Program-made: the position numbers and the translations under genes
Source of the DNA: Elusimicrobiota bacterium
GTDB taxonomy: Bacteria > Elusimicrobiota > Elusimicrobia > UBA1565 > UBA9628
Reading direction: 5' to 3'
NCBI GenBank assembly: GCA_043745445.1
Contig: JAYTSX010000238.1
Location: 1 to 56,241 of the forward strand
DNA length: 56,241 nt
Shown: positions 49,802-56,241 of the stretch, one piece after another
How positions within the stretch are numbered: the stretch's first letter is position 1
Layout of the letters: each line of letters opens with the position of its first letter
Notes under the pieces: generated by a model
Told to the model about the DNA's origin: nothing
What the model saw: the letters and a program-made list of their open reading frames with translations, nothing else
The model's database searches: none

Positions 49802-50659
49802 ATGGATAACGAAGCCCTCCCCCCCGCTCGTGCGGGATTTTGGGTGCGCGGCGGCGCATACCTCGTCGACGCGTTAATTCTCGCGATAGGCGCCTTTCTA
49901 CCTATACGGGGTCTCAGTTTTCTCGTCGGCGTCACCTACAAGACGATCTTCATCTCTCAGGGCGGTCAGACGCCAGGCAAGATGGCGGCCGGCATCAAGG
50001 TCGTCACCGTCGCCGACGAGCCGGTCGGTACCGGACGGGCGCTTGGTCGCGCCGCGGCAGAGTATGTGAGCGCCGTGACCCTCGGGCTCGGCTATTTCGT
50101 CGCGGCTTTCTCGGACAAGCGGGCCCTGCACGACTACATCGCGGGCACGCGCGTCGTTTACGTCGACGGCGTCGGCGCGGGACGCAAAGCTTCGTTCGCG
50201 GCGCTTGGCGTCGTCGGGCTGATCCTACCGCTCGTCACGATCGTTCTGATGGTGGGCACGGGAACAGGAACCCTCGGGAAGTTTAAAACCTTAACGGTCA
50301 AATCCGGCGAGGGCGCGACGAAGGGAAACCTGGGCTCGCTGAGATCGGCGCTCGCGATTTATTATGGCGACGCGCAGGGGCAGTATCCCGCGACGCTCGA
50401 CGCGCTAATCGGCCCCAAGTATATCCCTGCGATCCCGAAGACCAAGATCGATGCCCACATGGAAACCAATGTCGTGACCCTGTACGGCGCCGAGGTGTGC
50501 ACGGGCAAGACCGAGTTCGGCACCCAAATCGACGCGAGCAAGATCAAGGACACGGGCGGCTGGGGCTATGTGGCAGACCCGAAGGCCCCGTGCTCGGGAC
50601 AGCTCTTCGTGGACTGCTCGCACAAGGACACAAAGGGCAAGCTCTGGCCCGAGTACTGA
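49802..50659 (+). CDS. RDD-family membrane domain fused to a type IV pilin-like globular head
   Basis: The N-terminus has RDD features (AGFWVRGGAYLVDALIL, GQTPGKMAAGIKVV, ALHDYIAGTRVV) with TM helices. The C-terminus (ATKGNLGSLRSALAIYYGDAQGQYPATLDALIGPKYIPAIP...) with two late Cys residues matches the post-helix region of type IV/T2SS pilins. There is no G/FTLIE prepilin leader. Confidence 0.65.
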   Translation: MDNEALPPARAGFWVRGGAYLVDALILAIGAFLPIRGLSFLVGVTYKTIFISQGGQTPGKMAAGIKVVTVADEPVGTGRALGRAAAEYVSAVTLGLGYFVAAFSDKRALHDYIAGTRVVYVDGVGAGRKASFAALGVVGLILPLVTIVLMVGTGTGTLGKFKTLTVKSGEGATKGNLGSLRSALAIYYGDAQGQYPATLDALIGPKYIPAIPKTKIDAHMETNVVTLYGAEVCTGKTEFGTQIDASKIKDTGGWGYVADPKAPCSGQLFVDCSHKDTKGKLWPEY

Positions 50660-50660
50660 C

Positions 50661-51200
50661 TTACGGACGAGAGAGCACGATCTTAAACGATTTCAGCACG
50701 GGAGGATCGTAGGGCCGGTCGATCCCGTCCTTCGTCTCGCGCGGCACGGCCGCAATCGCCGCGGCGACCTCAAGCCCTTCGATGACCTCGCCGAAGATCG
50801 TGTGGAGGCCGTCTAGGTCGCGCTGCGGCGCGAGCGTGATGAAGAACTGGGTCTGGGAGGTTCCCCGACCCCAGCTTGCCATGCCGAGCAAGCCGGGACG
50901 GTCAAAATGCTCGCCGGGATGGATCTCATCGGGCACCGGGAGCTTCGGGTCGCCCTTGCCGTCCCCGCCCGGGTCGCCGGTCTGGATCAGAAAGCCCGGC
51001 GCGACGCGATGGAAGATGAGGCCGTTGTAAAATGGCTTTGGGCGGCCGGCCAGCGCGCGCAGATGGGCGACCGTCTTCGGGGCCCGGTCCTCGTACAGCT
51101 TCGCGACGATGCGCCCCTTCGAAGTTTCCAGGATCGCGTACGGCCCCTGCTTGGCGCAGGCGGCACCGAGCAGCAGCGCGGCGAGGGCCAGATGTCTCAC
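50661..51200 (-). CDS. Cyclophilin-type peptidyl-prolyl cis-trans isomerase (lipoprotein)
   Basis: It has a lipobox (LLLGAAC). FHRVAPGFLIQTGDP, GLLGMAS and TQFFIT are present. The GTG start overlaps the nnrE stop (GTGA). Confidence 0.9.
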   Translation of the reverse strand: MRHLALAALLLGAACAKQGPYAILETSKGRIVAKLYEDRAPKTVAHLRALAGRPKPFYNGLIFHRVAPGFLIQTGDPGGDGKGDPKLPVPDEIHPGEHFDRPGLLGMASWGRGTSQTQFFITLAPQRDLDGLHTIFGEVIEGLEVAAAIAAVPRETKDGIDRPYDPPVLKSFKIVLSRP

Positions 51201-51925
51201 TTAAGCGAGAAACTCTTCAGCAAGGCCGACGGGTAGCCGATGTCGAGCACTTTGAGGACGCCGACCTGCGGCTTGGCGTGCGGCGCGAGAAGGCCGCGTT
51301 TGGGCAATCCCAAGGCCAAGGTCAGATCAGCGACGACGAAGACGCCGCTGTGGTGGCCGGTGTCGGGGTGAATGCCCGAAGGGATATCAATCGCGATGAT
51401 CGGCTTCTTGGCGACCGTCATCTCGCGAATCATATGATGGATGGCGCCCGCGGGCTTGCCGGTGGCGCCGGTGCCGAGCAAGGCGTCAATGGCAAGGTGG
51501 CACCAGGCGAGCGCCTTGTCGAGGCCCTTCCCGGGACCGGCGGAGGTGACCGTAACGCCGGCGGCCTGAGCGCGGGCGAGGTTGACGCTCACGATCTCGG
51601 GGTATTTCCCCGCGCCGTCGTTCTTAGGCGGGCACAGGAATACGGCGACCGTGGCGCCGCCCTCGGCGAGGCAACGCGCTGCCACGAGGCCATCGCCGCC
51701 GTTGGCGCCGCGCCCACAGCAGACCACTATCTTCGTCTGCGCGACCGACAGGCCCTTCTCGGCGAGGAAGACGGCGCACTCCGCGGCGACGGCCTTGCCC
51801 GCGTTCTCCATCAGATCGAGCGCCTTGAGGCCGTGCTTCTCACTCGCAGCCAGATCGAACGCCCGCATCGTCGCCGCGCTGACCACGGGCAAGCCTTCCC
51901 AGATATCCGGAAGAGGGTCTTTCAC
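51197..51925 (-). CDS. nnrE: NAD(P)H-hydrate epimerase (YjeF N-terminal domain only)
   Basis: MRAFDLAASEKHGLKALDLMENAG, VVCCGRGANGGDG and IDIPSG are present. GTG 51925 forms a GTGA overlap with the upstream stop. The ORF-track start at 52513 overlaps the Yip1-like gene in another frame. Confidence 0.75.
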   Translation of the reverse strand: MKDPLPDIWEGLPVVSAATMRAFDLAASEKHGLKALDLMENAGKAVAAECAVFLAEKGLSVAQTKIVVCCGRGANGGDGLVAARCLAEGGATVAVFLCPPKNDGAGKYPEIVSVNLARAQAAGVTVTSAGPGKGLDKALAWCHLAIDALLGTGATGKPAGAIHHMIREMTVAKKPIIAIDIPSGIHPDTGHHSGVFVVADLTLALGLPKRGLLAPHAKPQVGVLKVLDIGYPSALLKSFSLK

Positions 51926-52494
51926 CAGTTGCCCAACGCGGCGAGCACGAAGCCCAGCGTCGCCAAAAACGCCATCAGGAGCACAACGAGCACGCAGGCG
52001 AGATAGGGCACGCCCAAGGTCAGCCACGCGCGTCCGCCGCTGATGCCGTACTCGTCGCGGATGCCGCGCGCCTTGTAGGACAGCGACCACAATCCGACGA
52101 AGAAAAAGACGAGGCGCAGGCCCCACGCGGGCTTCGAGAGGGCGGTCTGACAGACGAGGACAAGCGGCACGGCCGTCATCCACGCGAGCTCGGAAAGCCC
52201 CAGGTGCACGAACAGGGCCCGGGCGTCGCCGTGCGCGCCGCCGAGCTCTAAAATAAGATGCAGGAGCGCGGTCGCCACGAAGGTCAGGACCGCGTGCCAC
52301 AGCAGAGCCAAGGCCAAGCCCGGCCAGCCGAAAGGCAGGACCGCGCGGCCAGCAAGGGATTGCGCGACATACAGACTCATCGCCCCAAGCAGAATGCCGA
52401 GCAGGCCGAGAGCCGCCGGACGCCGTTGACGGATCAGCGCCGAAGCGTGAGCCCGGTCCTCGAAGAAGTCGTATATGAGTTCGACGGGGTCCAT
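51922..52494 (-). CDS. Yip1-like five-TM membrane protein
   Basis: The 190-aa ORF has a short cytoplasmic N-terminus (MDPVELIYDFFEDRAHAS) followed by five hydrophobic helices. It is immediately adjacent to the sppA stop. Confidence 0.5.
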   Translation of the reverse strand: MDPVELIYDFFEDRAHASALIRQRRPAALGLLGILLGAMSLYVAQSLAGRAVLPFGWPGLALALLWHAVLTFVATALLHLILELGGAHGDARALFVHLGLSELAWMTAVPLVLVCQTALSKPAWGLRLVFFFVGLWSLSYKARGIRDEYGISGGRAWLTLGVPYLACVLVVLLMAFLATLGFVLAALGNW

Positions 52495-53532
52495 CTACCA
52501 GCCTCCGGACCAAGCGTAGAGCAAGCCGCGCGGAATCGCCGGGCCGGCGTTCAAGGTCACGCCCGCGCTGCTCAGCCCAAAGGTCAGGCGCGCCCGCGTT
52601 TCGAGCAGCTCAAAAATATCGTTGAGCTTTTCCGTGTCGCGGCGCACGCGCGGCTTCTCGTCCTTAATGCCGCCCATCTCAGCGGCGAGCTTGGTCGCGT
52701 CAAGAGAGTCGCCGAGCTGGTCGACCAACCCCAGCGCCAACGCCTGGTTGCCGGAGTAAATGCGCCCGTCGGCCAACGGCTTGACCTGCTCGACCGTCAT
52801 TTTGCGGCCGTCGGCGACCGCCTGCACGAACTGGCCGTACGCGTCGTCGATCAAGGTCTGGAGAATCTGTCGCTCCTCAAGCGTCATCGGCCGCGCGGGA
52901 GACCCGATGTCCTTGTGCTTCCCGGACTTGATGGGATCGGACTTGTAGCCGACCTTCGCGAATAAGCCTTCCATATTCGACACGGAGAAGATCACGCCGA
53001 TCGAGCCGGTCAATGTCCCGGGATGCGCGACGATCTTGTCGCACGCCGCACCCAGGTAGTAGCCCCCAGACGCCGAAACATCGCCGAACAGCGCCACGAA
53101 TGGAATTTTCTTCTCCTTTTTCACGCGCAAGATGCGGGTATATATCTCCTGCACCGCGCCGACGCTTCCGCCGGGCGAATTGATGTCAAGGACGATCGCC
53201 TTCACGCCTTTTGTGTCGGCGAGCTGTTCAATGCGCCGCGCCCATTGCTCAGCGCCCTGCTCCCACGGCTTGCCCGACGCCGAGGACATAATCGGCCCGC
53301 GAATGGAAACCCAGCCGACCGAGTCCTTCGGTTTTAAATTCAGAAGGCTCTTCGTGGAACCATCCTGCGACTTAGGCCCATCGCCGCGCGTACGCACCAC
53401 AAGGAACACGGCCGCCAGCAGGGACAAAGCATGAAGGGCGATCAGCCCGGCGATCAGCCTCCGCTTGATGCGCCGCGGGCCCGGGACATGCACCTCGGCG
53501 GTGCCGCCGGGATTTTCGGGAATCGGGTCCAT
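52495..53532 (-). CDS. sppA: Signal peptide peptidase SppA (36K type, S49)
   Basis: It has an N-terminal TM, then AIVLDINSPGGSV, SASGGYYLG and GSIGV. AAGGAG lies 7 nt upstream of the ATG. Confidence 0.85.
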   Translation of the reverse strand: MDPIPENPGGTAEVHVPGPRRIKRRLIAGLIALHALSLLAAVFLVVRTRGDGPKSQDGSTKSLLNLKPKDSVGWVSIRGPIMSSASGKPWEQGAEQWARRIEQLADTKGVKAIVLDINSPGGSVGAVQEIYTRILRVKKEKKIPFVALFGDVSASGGYYLGAACDKIVAHPGTLTGSIGVIFSVSNMEGLFAKVGYKSDPIKSGKHKDIGSPARPMTLEERQILQTLIDDAYGQFVQAVADGRKMTVEQVKPLADGRIYSGNQALALGLVDQLGDSLDATKLAAEMGGIKDEKPRVRRDTEKLNDIFELLETRARLTFGLSSAGVTLNAGPAIPRGLLYAWSGGW

Positions 53533-53542
53533 GGTGAGCTCC

Positions 53543-54847
53543 TTAGTTTAAACGGCGTAGGGCGTCGCTGTCGACGACCCGGTTGCGGCCCGCCGACTTG
53601 GCGGCGTACATGGCCGCGTCTGCCCTGGCGACCATCTCTTCCGGCGTCGACGCGTCACGCGGAAAATGCGAAATCCCTATCGACACCGTCACCCGGAGCT
53701 CCTCAAAGCCCACCGAGAAAATCTCAGCCTCGATCGCCGCCCGAATCGCCTCTGCCTTACGCAATGCACCGGCCGGCTCGGCCCGTGGGAGCACGATCGC
53801 AAATTCCTCGCCGCCGTAGCGCGCCACAAAGTCGGTGTCATAGACGAGCGAATTGAGCACCGCGCCCAGACGCGTTAAGACCTGGTCGCCAAACGGATGA
53901 CCATGCCCGTCATTCAAGCTCTTGAAATGGTCGATGTCAAGAATCATCAGCGCAAAAGTGGTTTTGAAAGTTTTGGCCCGCACGAGCTCCTCGCTGATTT
54001 TCTTGTCGAACGCGCCGCGACGCCGCACGCCGGTGAGGCCGTCGATCTCGGATAGACGCTCGACTTCCTGGAACAGCTTGACGCGCCGAAACGCCACGCC
54101 GAGCTCCGAAACAAACGACTGGGTCTTCGCCAGCCACGCATCGGACGCGGCGCCCTCCGGGATGCGCGTGTAAAGGTACCCGAGAAGCTCCTGCCCCTCT
54201 CGGATCGGCACGCCGACGGAACGCTCCGGTTTTTCAAACGCGCGCGCGACGCCGGCATTCGCGCCTTGCTCTTGAAACAAGCGCTCCAAGGTCGTCCACG
54301 AGGCACCCGGCGAGGCGCGCAGGCCGCGCACGGTCAGCGGGCGGATTTCACCCTCGCCGCGCAATCCCGCGACATACAGCGCGTACTCGACGCGCGGGCC
54401 GAAATACTGTTCCAGCGCGCCTTCGACGCGCGGACGCGCCTCCTCCCACGACATCGCCTCCGACAGGCTCTTAACCAGTCCATACAACGCGGTCGCCTCA
54501 CGGTGCGCGAGTTCGGCGTTGTGACCGCGCGCCTTAAGTCCGCGAAGCTCCTCCGCCATACGCTCGCGCTGAACGCGAACGCTCGCCAGGCGCTCGACGA
54601 ACGCACTGTGCTCGATCTCCCGGCGCCGAGCCAAACGCCAGGCCAGCGCGGTGCCGCCGATGCCCCAGAGTCCGGTCAGAGCCGCGCCGATACGCCCGGC
54701 CTCAGTTGCCGATACCAGCAAAGCGGCGCCCGCCGCGAGCGCTATGCCAAAGAAAGCGCCCGCCGCGACGGAGCGGCGCGGATAGGCGGCCCAGAGCCCC
54801 AGCGGCGGCAGGAGTATGATGGCGGCCGCAAGCCATGCCAAATTCAT
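53543..54847 (-). CDS. Membrane-anchored GAF-like/GGDEF diguanylate cyclase
   Basis: It has N-terminal TM helices and a sensor region, then DGLTGVRRRGAF, DIDHFKSLND and RYGGEEFAIVLP. Confidence 0.85.
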   Translation of the reverse strand: MNLAWLAAAIILLPPLGLWAAYPRRSVAAGAFFGIALAAGAALLVSATEAGRIGAALTGLWGIGGTALAWRLARRREIEHSAFVERLASVRVQRERMAEELRGLKARGHNAELAHREATALYGLVKSLSEAMSWEEARPRVEGALEQYFGPRVEYALYVAGLRGEGEIRPLTVRGLRASPGASWTTLERLFQEQGANAGVARAFEKPERSVGVPIREGQELLGYLYTRIPEGAASDAWLAKTQSFVSELGVAFRRVKLFQEVERLSEIDGLTGVRRRGAFDKKISEELVRAKTFKTTFALMILDIDHFKSLNDGHGHPFGDQVLTRLGAVLNSLVYDTDFVARYGGEEFAIVLPRAEPAGALRKAEAIRAAIEAEIFSVGFEELRVTVSIGISHFPRDASTPEEMVARADAAMYAAKSAGRNRVVDSDALRRLN

Positions 54848-56154
54848 CCGACCACCTGGTTTCGTCCGCCGTGCTTCGCTTTATAGAGACGCTCGTCGGC
54901 GACGCGGATGATCTGAGACGCCGTCGTCGCGTCCGTCGGGAAGGACGCCACGCCAAGGCTCATCGTCGCGCGCGTCGGCGAGCCGTTGAAAACAAAGGGC
55001 TCCTCCGCGATGCGCGCACGAATGCGTTCGGCGACCTGCATGGCCTCGGTACGGACATAGTTGGGCAGAATCAGCGTAAACTCCTCGCCGCCGTAACGAG
55101 CGGCGAAATCCACGGGCCTTGCGAATGATGAAAGGATCGCGGACAAGGTGCGCAGAAGCTGATCCCCGGCCTGATGGCCGAACTTGTCGTTGTACTGCTT
55201 GAAATGGTCCACATCCATCATGATCAAGGCCAGCGGGGTCTGCGAGCGGCCGGAGCGCAGGACCTCCTCCTGCAGGCGCTGCTGAAAAGCGCGGTGGCTG
55301 TGAAGCTGGGTCAGCGCGTCGTGCGTCGCCTGACGGTGCACGCTTTCGTATAAACGAATATTTTCGAGCGAGAGCGCCGCCATCGTCGCGAATAAGTCGG
55401 CGGTGCGAACCTCATCCGGACCGAACGCGCCCGCCGTGTCGCTCTCAAGCTTGACGAAGCCCGCGGCCTGACGCATCACTTTGAGCGGAATGGCAACGCC
55501 GGACAAAAAGCGCGCGCCCGGAACAACCTGCGCCTCGGAGCGGGCGTCCTTGATCAAAACCGGTCCGCGACGGCGCTGCGCGGCGAGCAGCAACGGATCT
55601 TCGCCGGCGCCGCCCACCACCGACACGCGCGCGGTCGGGAAACGCTCCGACAGGATCGTGATCAGGCGCGTCTGCACCTCGCGCCCGTCAAGCGTGCCCG
55701 ACAGGCTCTTGGCCGCGTCGGACAGGTCGCGGCGCAAGCGAGTGTCCACGCCGACCGTTTCTTCGTAGGAGCGGTAGTACTTCAGGTCGCGATCGTCGTC
55801 GCGAATCTGATCCTGTAGGTTCATCTGCTCGAGCAAGGTCTCCCGCTCGTCGCTGAACTGCCGGCCGCGGTGCGCGGCCTGCGCCCCGGCCAGGAGCCAG
55901 AGACTTCCGAGGCCCGCCGCGAGCAACGGTCGCGCGGTTTCGGAGCGCACCATCAACACGGCGGCGACCACGGTCGCCAGGAAGGTGAGGATGATCGGGG
56001 ATTCGCCGTCCTGACGAAGCTCCGACCAAAGCAGGCACAGACCGCAGGCGGGAATGACCGAAGGTCCGAGCTCAGGACGGGCGACGACGAGCAAAGTCAG
56101 CCCCGTGAAGAGCCCATACGACCCAAGCAAGGTTACAGCGCGTGAGTCGCCCAT
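54844..56154 (-). CDS. Membrane-anchored GAF-like/GGDEF diguanylate cyclase (tandem paralogue)
   Basis: DALTQLHSHRAF, DVDHFKQYND and RYGGEEFTLILP are present. I chose start ATG 56154 because the ORF-track start at 56193 would overlap the tmRNA 3' end. Confidence 0.85.
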   Translation of the reverse strand: MGDSRAVTLLGSYGLFTGLTLLVVARPELGPSVIPACGLCLLWSELRQDGESPIILTFLATVVAAVLMVRSETARPLLAAGLGSLWLLAGAQAAHRGRQFSDERETLLEQMNLQDQIRDDDRDLKYYRSYEETVGVDTRLRRDLSDAAKSLSGTLDGREVQTRLITILSERFPTARVSVVGGAGEDPLLLAAQRRRGPVLIKDARSEAQVVPGARFLSGVAIPLKVMRQAAGFVKLESDTAGAFGPDEVRTADLFATMAALSLENIRLYESVHRQATHDALTQLHSHRAFQQRLQEEVLRSGRSQTPLALIMMDVDHFKQYNDKFGHQAGDQLLRTLSAILSSFARPVDFAARYGGEEFTLILPNYVRTEAMQVAERIRARIAEEPFVFNGSPTRATMSLGVASFPTDATTASQIIRVADERLYKAKHGGRNQVVG

Positions 56155-56159
56155 TAAAA

Positions 56160-56241
56160 TGGTGGAGGTGGCGGGATTTGCACCCGCGTCCAAACGGCGC
56201 CGACTGAAGTCACTACAGGCTTAGCCCATCCTCAATTTCGC
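56160..56241 (-). ncRNA. ssrA: tmRNA (ssrA), 3' portion, truncated by the window edge
   Basis: The reverse complement reads ...GGGCUAAGCCUGUAGUGACUUCAGUCGGCGCCGUUUGGACGCGGGUGCAAAUCCCGCCACCUCCACCA. This gives a T-arm and an acceptor 3' strand with the U that pairs as G3:U70, followed by CCA. The CUAAGC.UGUAGU and GGACGCGGGU stretches match the conserved tmRNA 3' region as in E. coli ssrA. There is no anticodon arm at tRNA spacing. Confidence 0.8.

Noticed and set aside
56160-56241. tRNA-Ala interpretation of the acceptor/T-arm sequence
   Set aside because: Upstream of the T-arm there is no anticodon stem-loop at tRNA spacing. Instead the sequence matches the conserved tmRNA 3' region (CUAAGC.UGUAGU ... 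GGACGCGGGU).

Overview
This is a GC-rich bacterial chromosomal segment. It probably comes from an uncultivated diderm lineage: it carries a T9SS-type C-terminal sorting domain, PorV-like and Omp85-like barrels, and non-canonical pilin-head proteins. I call about 52 protein genes plus the 3' end of tmRNA at the right edge.

Most of the window is housekeeping: tsaD, an S41 Ctp peptidase, an envC-like gene, ftsX, glgA, scpA/scpB, trpS, cca, a DEAD-box helicase, uvrB, amt, nadC, birA, greA, queG, fixC/fixX, tilS, cyclophilin, nnrE, sppA and two tandem GGDEF cyclases. Positions 1-29706 form one ~30 kb block of minus-strand genes with many 4-nt start/stop overlaps. I saw no CRISPR array, rRNA, complete tRNA, transposase, integrase, phage gene or recognisable defence gene.

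I cannot point to a clear-cut new multi-gene system. The items most worth a second look are:
- A ~180-bp intergenic element at 44948-45129, closed by a perfect 19-bp inverted repeat with three internal hairpins (MITE or structured RNA).
- A translationally linked trio at 45128-48934: a secreted protein with a papain-like C-terminus, a small N-anchored protein, and a GNAT fused in frame to a TPR-TM-kinase-C-lobe remnant.
- An ankyrin-caspase lipoprotein with a secreted His/Cys-motif neighbour.
- A surface module at 1-6944: a FlgD-Ig/T9SS-CTD giant protein start/stop-coupled to a PorV-like barrel, a second barrel with a coiled-coil tail, and a coiled-coil/beta-propeller protein.
- A -10 box 6-7 nt upstream of many start codons, which implies leaderless mRNAs.
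- Pilin-head domains without prepilin leaders, including an RDD-pilin fusion.
- An AT-rich promoter island with a 45-aa basic ORF downstream of amt.

All functional calls rest on motif recognition by eye. No searches or computations were run.
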